From the NCBI GenBank assembly GCA_041389025.1, contig JAWKSP010000001.1, forward strand, positions 2-64,001: a DNA stretch of 64,000 bases, in the 5' to 3' direction. Numbering within the stretch: position 1 is the first letter of the stretch; each line of letters opens with the position of its first letter. The DNA comes from Minisyncoccota bacterium (GTDB lineage Bacteria; Patescibacteriota; Minisyncoccia; Phycocordibacterales; UBA918). A model generated the notes under the pieces. That model was not told the origin of the DNA, did no database searches, and saw nothing but the letters and a program-made list of their open reading frames with translations. Positions 51,068 to 59,069 of the stretch are shown here, piece by piece. A program made the translations under genes and the position numbers.

Positions 51068-52834
51068 TTAAACATAATTTTCTATAAAAAATTTCAAATC
51101 CTTTTTAGTAAGAGAGGTTAAATCAAGATCAAAAACTTTGTCTAATGGTATCCAGTCAAAATCCGCTCCTTCTCTTAATTTCATTTCACTTTTTTGCATT
51201 ATGGATTTTATATAAAAGACGTTTCTATAAGTTTTCTTTTCTTCATTCAAATAATCACACAAAGGTATTACTTCAGTCTCATCTAACATTACTGTCAACT
51301 CTTCTTTTATTTCACGCAGAAAAGTTTCTAATGGACTTTCATTAAATTCACTTAGACCACCAAAAAAAGCCCACTTGTTTGGATTTATTTCTGTATCACC
51401 GTCTCTCTTGTGAAGTAAGACAGATTTAGTTTCTTCGTTATATAAAAAACCTCCAGACCAGAAATTGTCTTCTTTTTTATATTCTTCTAACAAGTCCAAA
51501 AACTCATCGTTCCTTTCGTACTCATTTTTATATTGAGCAAAAGAAGAGAAAGCTGGAGAAAATAATATAATATCACCATTTTTAGCAACCTCTCTAGCTT
51601 TTACAAAAGCTTGTTTTAAACCTTCTGTAACTACTATATTTACATTGCCATTCATCTCGTCAACCAATTTATCGGTACCATTACCCGGAGTTAGAAAAAC
51701 CTGTTTACAATGTTCCTTTATCGCCTCAGTCAATGAAATTAAGTCGATATTTTTATCTGCCCCACCTGCTATCAAAATTATATTTTTGTTACCAATATCC
51801 AAAGCTTCCAAAGCTACTTTAGTAGCTTGTGGTGTAGTAGCGTTGTTGTCATTATATATCCGAACATTATCTATGGTCTTTACTAGTTGTAGTCTACCCT
51901 CTACTCCCGAAAAACTAGTTAGTCCTTCAAAAATTTCTTCATCACTTAAAGACAAAGACTTTAGAGCTTCATAAGCCAGAGCTGCATTAAGGCGATTATG
52001 CTCACCTGGCATAGCCAACAAGCAATCCTCGGGAATCACCGAAGAGTCGGTTAATCTTATTTCTTGTTTTAAATGTAAATCAGGAAAAATTTTTTTTATC
52101 CACTCAAACACTTCCGGGGTTGTAATCAGAGTTCCGCTTTCATCTTGATGTAAAAATATTTGCGCCTTATCTTTAAAATATAATTCCATCGCTTCTTCTT
52201 TTGTCTTGCCCCCAACGCCATAATAATTTAAATGGTCCTCCATAAAGTTAGTAAAAACTGCTACTTGTGGCGAAAGCCCCGACCAACCAAAACCTTGCAA
52301 TTGCCAAGAATCTAACTCCATCACACAAAGCGAATCTTCCTTAACTTCATTAAGTAACTTTAAATTTGATACTCCTCGTACATTACCACCAAGGAGTATT
52401 TTTTCACCGGTAACAACCGAGAGTACGTGATGAACCATGCCTGTCACGGTACTTTTACCGCGAGTGCCGGTCACACCTATAATGGGGATTTTTGAAAGTT
52501 CGGCAAATAAAGAGGCGGATTGTTTTAGAGGCACGCCAGCTTCGCTGGCGTGCCTTAAATACTCAGAATCCTGAGGAACACCAGCTGACACCAAAACTAA
52601 ATCAACATTTTCAAAATCTTCTTTCTCATGCTTTCCCAAGACAAACTTAATATTCGGTAAATCTTTTAGTTTTGAAACAGAAACTGCCAATTCTTTTTCA
52701 GACTTTAAATCGGTCACAATTACCTCCTTTGCTCCCGATTCAGCAATAAAAAGAGCGTCTCCAACACCACGCCCCAAGAGACCCAATCCCATCACAGTCA
52801 CTTTTTTTCCTTTAAAATAATCTTGAAAATTCAT
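51068..52834 (-). CDS. murD: UDP-MurNAc-L-Ala--D-Glu ligase fused to a C-terminal NUDIX domain
   Basis: GVTGTRGKST, ELDSWQL, DHLNYY, SPAFSSF, then Nudix box GGLSEFNESPLETFLREIKEEL. Confidence 0.92.
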   Translation of the reverse strand: MNFQDYFKGKKVTVMGLGLLGRGVGDALFIAESGAKEVIVTDLKSEKELAVSVSKLKDLPNIKFVLGKHEKEDFENVDLVLVSAGVPQDSEYLRHASEAGVPLKQSASLFAELSKIPIIGVTGTRGKSTVTGMVHHVLSVVTGEKILLGGNVRGVSNLKLLNEVKEDSLCVMELDSWQLQGFGWSGLSPQVAVFTNFMEDHLNYYGVGGKTKEEAMELYFKDKAQIFLHQDESGTLITTPEVFEWIKKIFPDLHLKQEIRLTDSSVIPEDCLLAMPGEHNRLNAALAYEALKSLSLSDEEIFEGLTSFSGVEGRLQLVKTIDNVRIYNDNNATTPQATKVALEALDIGNKNIILIAGGADKNIDLISLTEAIKEHCKQVFLTPGNGTDKLVDEMNGNVNIVVTEGLKQAFVKAREVAKNGDIILFSPAFSSFAQYKNEYERNDEFLDLLEEYKKEDNFWSGGFLYNEETKSVLLHKRDGDTEINPNKWAFFGGLSEFNESPLETFLREIKEELTVMLDETEVIPLCDYLNEEKKTYRNVFYIKSIMQKSEMKLREGADFDWIPLDKVFDLDLTSLTKKDLKFFIENYV

Positions 52835-52900
52835 ACTGTTATCATACGCAAATTTTACTACTTTACCACCCCCTAAACATGTTACACTCTAAATAAGGTC

Positions 52901-53485
52901 ATGTTTAGGATAACCAAAAAAATTATACATTTTATTTTCATACTGTTAGCGATCAGTGGTTTCCTTTTGATGTCATTTTATCTAACTCAGTTTGTTATAA
53001 ATAATAGTGAAACCCAAATATTTGTACAAGATTATGGATATGTTGGGATCTTTATCTTAAGCTTTATCGCTGGTTTAAATTTATTTATACCAGTCCCAGC
53101 TGCTACTTTCACCTCTGTTTTTACCGCCGGCGGTATCTCCTTACCAATAATTATAACTATTCTTGTTATCGGGACTATGTGCGCTAATTTTGTTGCTTAT
53201 GGACTAGGTCGACTAGGTCACCGTTTCACTGAAAGTCATTATCCTAAACTTGAAGAAAAGATAAATAAATTATATTTAGAAAAAAGAAAGTGGCTTCCTT
53301 ATTTTGTTTTTTCTTTTGCCGCTTTTGTACCCTTCCCCGATGAAATATACATAATTCCACTTGGACTAATGGGGGTAAAAATAAAAGAATTTATTATTCC
53401 CTTAACCTTAGGCACCATCACTTTCCAGACCCTAACTGCTTTAGGTTTTCAAAACATATTCCAAACTTTAATCAGTATGAATTAA
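52901..53485 (+). CDS. DedA/VTT-family membrane protein
   Basis: YGYVGIF, IPVP, YGLGR, PFPDE..GL motifs. Confidence 0.75.
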   Translation: MFRITKKIIHFIFILLAISGFLLMSFYLTQFVINNSETQIFVQDYGYVGIFILSFIAGLNLFIPVPAATFTSVFTAGGISLPIIITILVIGTMCANFVAYGLGRLGHRFTESHYPKLEEKINKLYLEKRKWLPYFVFSFAAFVPFPDEIYIIPLGLMGVKIKEFIIPLTLGTITFQTLTALGFQNIFQTLISMN

Positions 53486-53535
53486 ATGGTGGAAAACAGT
53501 CACTATAAGAAAAGTACTTGTTATAATTTAGTTGT

Positions 53536-53724
53536 ATGCAACCAAAGAAACTTGAGGAATATCGTTTTTTTCAACCAATTGCTTGGATAATTTGTTTATC
53601 TTTTGCTGGCTTTGTAGGCTTGCTATCATTACAACTACAGACAGTTGTAGACGACCTACAAGCCTCAAATCTGAACATAGAGGAACGCCTCGATAAACTG
53701 GAAAAAGAAATTTATTCAAATTAA
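53536..53724 (+). CDS. Small membrane protein with coiled coil
   Basis: One TM plus heptads; ATG lies 8 nt after TATAAT. Confidence 0.6.
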   Translation: MQPKKLEEYRFFQPIAWIICLSFAGFVGLLSLQLQTVVDDLQASNLNIEERLDKLEKEIYSN

Positions 53725-53727
53725 TTC

Positions 53728-53773
53728 ATTGAAAAACACACCGGTCACTTTAGTGACCGGTGTGTTTTTCAAT
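53728..53773. terminator. Bidirectional terminator
   Basis: attgaaaaacacaccggtcact-tt-agtgaccggtgtgtttttcaat. Confidence 0.85.
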
Positions 53774-53819
53774 TTGTTCGGTCAAAATTTAGTTAAATAC
53801 TTTGTCCGCGCTCTAGGAT

Positions 53820-53896
53820 TAAATGAAGAAAGGAGTATAACGACTATTCTGAATTTATGTCCCAATTTTGTCCTTTCCTAGACAAAATTGCTGGAC
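53820..53896. repeat. Double-hairpin element, copy 2
   Basis: taaatgaagaa..ttctgaattta + gtcccaattttgtc-ctttccta-gacaaaattgctggac. Confidence 0.8.
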
Positions 53897-53952
53897 GAAC
53901 AGACTCTAAAATTACATAAAACTTTTGAGATATTTTGTCGTTTGCGTAATTT

Positions 53953-54029
53953 TAAATGAGCAAATGATCAAAGACCATATTGCGAATTTAGTTCCGAATT
54001 CTCCCCTTCCTAGGGCGAATTCTTGGAAC
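53953..54029. repeat. Double-hairpin element, copy 3
   Basis: taaatgagcaa..ttgcgaattta + gttccgaattctccc-cttccta-gggcgaattcttggaac. Confidence 0.8.
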
Positions 54030-54173
54030 AGGTTAAGTTCTCACACGGTTTTCAAATAATCCAGCCAACCCTCAAGTATCGTAAACATCGACTTGTTCCT
54101 CCCTATGGTCGGAAACGGAAAAAATGCTACACGCATTTTTTAGCTCGCGCGGACGCAAAAGTCCTCCCCTTAG

Positions 54174-54247
54174 TCCGCGCTCTAGGATTCGAACCTAGGA
54201 CCTTTCGAGTATCAGTCGAATGCTCTAGCCAACTGAGCTAAGCGCGG
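54174..54247 (-). tRNA. tRNA-Ile(GAT), CCA not encoded
   Basis: CCGCGCT-TAGCTCAGTTGGCTAGAGC-A-TTCGA-CTGATAC-TCGAA-AGGTC-CTAGG-TTCGAAT-CCTAG-AGCGCGG-A cloverleaf. Confidence 0.96.
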
Positions 54248-54391
54248 ACTAAGGGGAGGACAAACTAAAACCTCTCTTTAAGTGACCGCTACTATAGCAG
54301 AAAACAAAGAAAAATGTAAGAGTCTCGCATATAAAAATCAAAGGCCTAAAGCATTATAGCAATAGGCCCTTTTGCAAGATAGAAAGATAAA

Positions 54392-54598
54392 TCAATATTT
54401 TCTACCCACCTTGCAATAGTCAACATAATTTTTTTTATTTTTGCCGAGTAATAACAAAACACCCGGCAAGATTAAAAACAAACCTGACAGCTTTATCAAC
54501 AAAAGCTCTAAGTTTGTTAGTTTGTTTGCTGGATCGTCTCCTAATAAAATGAGACAACCCAAAATAAAAAGTACCCCAACTGCGATTTTCATTTTCAT
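54392..54598 (-). CDS. Small two-TM protein (SD-led)
   Basis: GGAG before ATG; TTGACA-17-TTTAAT promoter at 54628-54656. Confidence 0.6.
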   Translation of the reverse strand: MKMKIAVGVLFILGCLILLGDDPANKLTNLELLLIKLSGLFLILPGVLLLLGKNKKNYVDYCKVGRKY

Positions 54599-54705
54599 AT
54601 CAATCTCCAGTATTTAAAGGTGTATACATTAAATCATATTTAATATGTATTGTCAAATGTAAATAGCCTTATTTTGCACGCACTTCATGGGGTATAATTA
54701 TACTA

Positions 54706-55071
54706 ATGAAACAATACAAAATACTGCTAGCTCTGCTTGCTTTGCCACAATTAGCCTTTGCTCAAGCCTCCCTGCAAACTTTCATCCCAAACCTAGTTAA
54801 ATTTGTCAGTAATGTTTTAATTCCTTTCCTTTTTGCGATTGCCTTTTTTATTTTTGTTTTTGCTGCTTTTAAATACTTTGTTTTAGAAAGTGCCAATGAA
54901 GAAGGTCGCGAGAAAGCCAAAAACCTTGCCCTTTACACCATACTAGCCTTCCTTTTCTTAATAATATTTTGGGGATTAATAAATGTTATCGCTAATTCTG
55001 TTGGTCTACAAGGAACCGACCAGCCCTGTCCTGATTATATAATGACAATAGATCCAACCAAATGCCCATAA
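54706..55071 (+). CDS. TrbC/VirB2-like pilin
   Basis: Signal AFA/Q, two TMs, AFKYF..NEEGREKAK..LY motif; ATG lies 7 nt after TATAAT. Confidence 0.7.
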   Translation: MKQYKILLALLALPQLAFAQASLQTFIPNLVKFVSNVLIPFLFAIAFFIFVFAAFKYFVLESANEEGREKAKNLALYTILAFLFLIIFWGLINVIANSVGLQGTDQPCPDYIMTIDPTKCP

Positions 55072-55101
55072 AAAATATCCCAGTCATATTGACTGGGACT
55101 A

Positions 55102-55647
55102 TCATGTAGGTAAGTCTAGCTCTTCGCTCAACTCTTTGTATACCACTTGATTATTTTTATCTCTTTTACCTAAATAAACGTCCCATACCAACTTCTCTTC
55201 TTTAAGTATTCGAGGAAGAAAAATTCTATCCACCGGTAATAAGTTTAAATTCAAAATATCATCCGGCGCAAAAAAATGTGGTGTTCGCATTTCTTTTTTG
55301 CCTTGAGGTATTCCCTTGTACTTGATAAGAGTGAAGAAATAGACAGTCATGTCAGCTTGGCTATCCTCACTATCAGGCCAAAAGAAATTTATTTTTGCTA
55401 CCAGACACAAATCCTCTTCATACGCCCTAACCCCCGACTCCTCGAATAGTTCTCTTATAGCAGTTTGCAACAAACTTTCATTTGGTAACTTTTTACCACC
55501 ATAACCGTTCCAGACATTTGCGCTGTTTTTAAGCTGGATTCCTTGCTTGTGGATATTACTTACCTTCTGCGCCAAACAAACTCTTCCTCTTTCATCCAAT
55601 AAATAAACTACCGTGGCCAATTCTGTCTTAGCATTCATTGTATTCAT
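55102..55647 (-). CDS. NUDIX hydrolase (MTH1/MutT-like), SD-led
   Basis: WNGYGGK..NES..TAIRELFEESG; AAGGAGG 8 nt before ATG. Confidence 0.85.
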   Translation of the reverse strand: MNTMNAKTELATVVYLLDERGRVCLAQKVSNIHKQGIQLKNSANVWNGYGGKKLPNESLLQTAIRELFEESGVRAYEEDLCLVAKINFFWPDSEDSQADMTVYFFTLIKYKGIPQGKKEMRTPHFFAPDDILNLNLLPVDRIFLPRILKEEKLVWDVYLGKRDKNNQVVYKELSEELDLPT

Positions 55648-55700
55648 AGCAAAATCCTCCTTCAGACTCTTCTTTGCTTAGTATACTTTTATACGACAAT

Positions 55701-55740
55701 AAAGAAAAGGCACCCTGCTTCGCGTGGTGCCTTTTCTTTT
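55701..55740 (-). terminator. Terminator closing the 16S transcription unit
   Basis: aaagaaaaggcacc...ggtgccttttcttt. Confidence 0.8.
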
Positions 55741-57199
55741 AGACAAAACTCTCTTTTGTCTTATCCTTAAAGGTCCGGTCTTTCCCTGGGGTCTGATACC
55801 ATTTCAGAGAATTGAGTATCATCTCTCGTTGCGTGCTCAATTGATACACACAACATCGACCAATTAGCTGTCATTGCAGTTCTGTTACCAGAGTGCGACA
55901 ACGTGTCCAATTGGAATTAATCCACGACCAGCTTCCGCTAGCCGTGCCTTGTTACGACTTAGTCCTTGTTATCGAGTTTACCGTCGGCCCACGCTAGGTG
56001 GGACTTCGGGCACTCCCGACTCCCCTGACTTGACGGGCGGTGAGTACAAGGCTCGGGAACGTATTCACCGCGGCGTTGCTGATCCGCGATTACTAGCGAT
56101 TCCGGCTTCATGAGGGCGAGTTGCAGCCCTCAATCCGAACTGAGGATGGTTTTATTAGGATTTGCTCCACATTACTGTATTGCGTCCCGTTGTACTACCC
56201 ATTGTATCACGTGTGCAGCCCAAGGCATCAAGGGACATGCTGACCTGGCGTCATCCTCACCTTCCTCTCCCGTGAGGGAGCAGTCTCGTCTGACACTTAT
56301 AACAGACAACGAGGGTTGCGTTCGTTTCCCCACTTAAGGGAACAGCTCAAGCCACGAACTGACGACGGCCATGCATCACCTGCCATACACCCTCGAAGGC
56401 TTCTTCGGTTTCCCGAAGCGTGCAGTATGGTTTCTAGCCTTGGTAAGGTTCTTCGCTTAGCTACGAATTAAGCCACATGATCCACCGCTTGTGCGAGCCC
56501 CCGTCTATTCCTTTGAGTTTTAAGCTTGCGCTCGTACTACCCAGGCGGTCTGTTTAACGCGTTAGCTTCGCCACTAAGAGGGTCGATACTCCTAATAGCC
56601 AACAGACAGCGTTTAGGGCGTGGACTACTCGGGTATCTAATCCGATTCGCTACCCACGCTTTCGTGCCTCAGCGTCAAGAATGTGCCAGTAAGCTGCCTT
56701 CGCATTTGGTATTCCCCATGATATCAACGGATTTCACCCCTACACCATGAGTTCTGCTTACCTCTCACACCTTCTAGTTATACCGTTTCGAATGCGGCTG
56801 TAAGGTTGAGCCCTACAATTTAACATCCGACTAATATAACCGCCTACGCACCCTTTACGCCCAGTAAATCCGGATAATGCTCGGGGCCTCTGTATTACCG
56901 CTCCTGCTGGCACAGAGTTGGGAGCCCCTTATTCATGAGGTAACGTCAATAAACTTCCTCCCTCATAAAAGGTGTTTACGTCCCGAAGGACTTCATCCAC
57001 CACGCGGCGTCGCTCCGTCAGGCTTTCGCCCATTGCGGAAGATTCTCGACTGCAGCCTCCCGTAGGAGTATGGACCGTGTCGCAGTTCCATCGGTGGGGG
57101 TCAGGCTCTCACCTCCCCTAGCCGTCGTAGCCTTGGTAAGCCGTTACCTTACCAACAAGCTGATAGCCCGCAGGCCGTTCCAAGAGCGATAAATCTTTA

Positions 57200-57513
57200 C
57201 CCAGCCCTACTTTTTATCTTCAAGCCAACTGGTCTCAATTCTTTTTTTGAGACCTTGTATCGCACTACCATGTTGCTTAAGTTTGTTTTCACGAACTCGT
57301 GCATCACGTTCATTACGATAAGCTTCTGCGTATATCAAAATCCATTTACCTCGCTCTCTCCTAGTAGCTTTATTACTATTAGAATTATGAGAATTTAAAC
57401 GATTTCCTAAATTCTTAGTGAAACCAATATAAATCTCTTTTGTAAGTGAGTGTTGAATCAGATAAACAATAAACATTACCTTGATTGTATCAAAGATAAA
57501 AAGTAGAGCTGGG
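57200..57513 (-). mobile_element. ORF-containing intervening sequence in the 16S V2 region
   Basis: Bounded by a 21-bp stem (cccagctctactttttatctt / aagataaaaagtagggctggg, one G-U pair); AT-rich interior. Confidence 0.9.
57207..57476 (-). CDS. Small GIY-YIG endonuclease encoded inside the 16S rRNA
   Basis: MFIVYLIQ..IYIGFTKNLGNRLNSHN..WILIYAEAY..ARVRENKLK; 89 aa from ATG 57476. Confidence 0.9.
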   Translation of the reverse strand: MFIVYLIQHSLTKEIYIGFTKNLGNRLNSHNSNSNKATRRERGKWILIYAEAYRNERDARVRENKLKQHGSAIQGLKKRIETSWLEDKK

Positions 57514-57788
57514 ACCATCAAGTATTATTCCGACTTTCGCCGGGTTATCCCTGACTCTTGGGTACGTACCTACGTGTTCCTACCTCGTCTGCCATGAATC
57601 TAAATTCATTCGACTTGCATGCCTCATCCACGCCGCCAGCATTCATCCTGAGCTAGGATCAAACTCTAATTGAAGACAGGTACTGAAAGAAAAAATCTTT
57701 CTGTGTATCTGCGTCTTCTGAGCAATGCGCTTGTACTATTGCGCGCTCGAAGAAGACGATTTACCTAAAGGATAAGACAAAAGAAAGC

Positions 57789-57865
57789 TAAATGAAACAA
57801 GGAGTGAAACTCCTATGTTGAATTTACGTCTCAATTTTTCCTTTCCTAGAAAAAATTGCTAGACG
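57789..57865. repeat. Double-hairpin element, copy 4 (16S leader)
   Basis: taaatgaaaca-aggagtgaaactcct-atgttgaattta + cgtctcaatttttc-ctttccta-gaaaaaattgctagacg. Confidence 0.8.
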
Positions 57866-57910
57866 CAAACACATTTAGAAATTTTTGTCTTAAAAATTGT
57901 GCTGATGCAT

Positions 57911-57988
57911 TAAATGAACAAATGTCCGAAGGACATATTGTGAATTTACTTCTCAATTTTTTCCTTTCCTAGAAAAAATTGCTAGAAG
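57911..57988. repeat. Double-hairpin element, copy 5 (16S leader)
   Basis: taaatgaacaa-atgtccgaaggacat-attgtgaattta + cttctcaattttttc-ctttccta-gaaaaaattgctagaag. Confidence 0.8.
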
Positions 57989-58174
57989 GCTTATCACAAA
58001 TATTCATTCATTTAAAATGCTTACGTCATACATAATGTTGGGCATTATGTATGAATATTTAATTTTCAAATTTCTATGTTCCGTATTGGTGGTAATTCTT
58101 TTTTTCTATTAACCTTACTTTTTAGCAAAGTGCACAAAAGCAAAGTTACTTACCTCCAACGAACAGTGCTGAGC

Positions 58175-58202
58175 ATTATACAGATATAGAAGAATTATGC
58201 AA
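58175..58202 (-). promoter_or_regulatory. Probable 16S rRNA promoter
   Basis: TTGCAT-16-TATAAT about 500 nt upstream of the 16S 5' end. Confidence 0.6.
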
Positions 58203-58261
58203 GCACCTAAAGTGAAAAAGAGTAAAAGAAAAAGCCACCGAGTATAACCGGTGGCTAAATG

Positions 58262-58299
58262 TACTTGTGTCGGACGAGCAAGCTCGTCCGACACAAGTA
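58262..58299. terminator. Long hairpin after the LDT gene
   Basis: tacttgtgtcggacgagc-aa-gctcgtccgacacaagta. Confidence 0.65.
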
Positions 58300-58328
58300 C
58301 TACCCCTTTACGAAGTGATCTTATAATT

Positions 58329-59069
58329 TTATTTATAAACAATCACTTCTATATCTTCCGGTTCCACATCCGGTCCTAACAATTCTACCAAATTTTTAAT
58401 GGCTCTATTTTGGAGCCTGGTACAACCAAAAGTTTCAATTTCCCAGAAACGACCGTTGTCAGCATACCCTTCCGTACCGTGAATACGATGTAGCTCCCAA
58501 CCTTTAACATCCCACTTGATTTCAAATTTTACTTCACCCATCGCATTAAGTGGATGACCATAAGGTAAACAACCGAGTGGTAAATGAGCCATAACACGAC
58601 GAATGTTTGATGTCGGACACCAAGTCGGCATCGTGTCTATTTTGGTAACAATTCCTCGCACTACATCTTTTGGTAAAGTATCTGGAGAAGGCGTTACTAC
58701 AGCAAAGCCGATGACAGGCTCATACCCATCAAGTCCACGCCTATAATACGCCAATTCTTTGGTGGTGTAGTTTACCGTTATCACATGCTTTTTGTTAGAC
58801 CAAAAAGACAATTCTTCCTTTGGTACAAACTGACCACCGTAAATTTTTCTTTCACCATTCGGTAAAAGTTCTACAGTAAAACGGCCATACTTTTCCATCG
58901 GGTTTTCAGTTTTTTTTACAGTCCTTACCTCTTTAACTTCTGGTCGGTAAGGTTTTGTCTCAATCGGAGTATCTGCAGAACCAAAATGCATCGTTCCACA
59001 GCCAATTAAAGAAATTATAATTATTAAAAAACAAACTATGCGCCAACAAAGCACAAGAATTTTTTTCAC
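58329..59069 (-). CDS. L,D-transpeptidase (YkuD-like), probable lipoprotein (SD-led)
   Basis: LIGC lipobox; PTWCPT, NAMG, RIHGT, TFGCTRL; GGGGG SD before GTG. Confidence 0.8.
   Translation of the reverse strand: MKKILVLCWRIVCFLIIIISLIGCGTMHFGSADTPIETKPYRPEVKEVRTVKKTENPMEKYGRFTVELLPNGERKIYGGQFVPKEELSFWSNKKHVITVNYTTKELAYYRRGLDGYEPVIGFAVVTPSPDTLPKDVVRGIVTKIDTMPTWCPTSNIRRVMAHLPLGCLPYGHPLNAMGEVKFEIKWDVKGWELHRIHGTEGYADNGRFWEIETFGCTRLQNRAIKNLVELLGPDVEPEDIEVIVYK

Larger units (their letters stand above)
53804..54154 (-). pseudogene. Decayed tRNA-Ile duplicate interrupted by hairpin elements
   Basis: 53804-53820 is identical to the tRNA 3' end; cgaac resumes at 53896; agctcgcgcggac at 54142-54154 resembles the tRNA 5' end. 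Confidence 0.6.
55910..57674 (-). rRNA. rrs: 16S rRNA (ends approximate; contains ~314-nt insertion; non-canonical 3' end)
   Basis: AGAGTTTGATCCTAGCTCAG, CCTACGGGAGGCTGCAG, GTGCCAGCAGGAGCGGTAA, ATTAGATACCC, AAACTCAAAGGAATAGACGG, AAGTCGTAACAAGG on minus strand. Confidence 0.98.
55752..57784 (-). other. 16S leader/trailer processing stem (55752-55768 pairs with 57768-57784)
   Basis: tcttttgtcttatcctt / aaggataagacaaaaga, a 17-bp perfect inverted repeat bracketing the 16S gene. Confidence 0.8.

Noticed and set aside
55874-57065. Plus-strand ORFs at 55874, 56110, 56526 and 56877
   Set aside because: Antisense shadows of the 16S rRNA.
57200-57513. Self-splicing group I intron
   Set aside because: The ORF and terminal stem fill the entire insert; no space for a P3-P9 core.
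53820-57988. CRISPR array from the repeated hairpin elements
   Set aside because: Copies are ~75 nt, divergent and dispersed, not regularly spaced; no cas genes.
58115-58342. 75-aa ORF downstream of the LDT gene
   Set aside because: Spans the terminator hairpin and the probable rRNA promoter; likely spurious.
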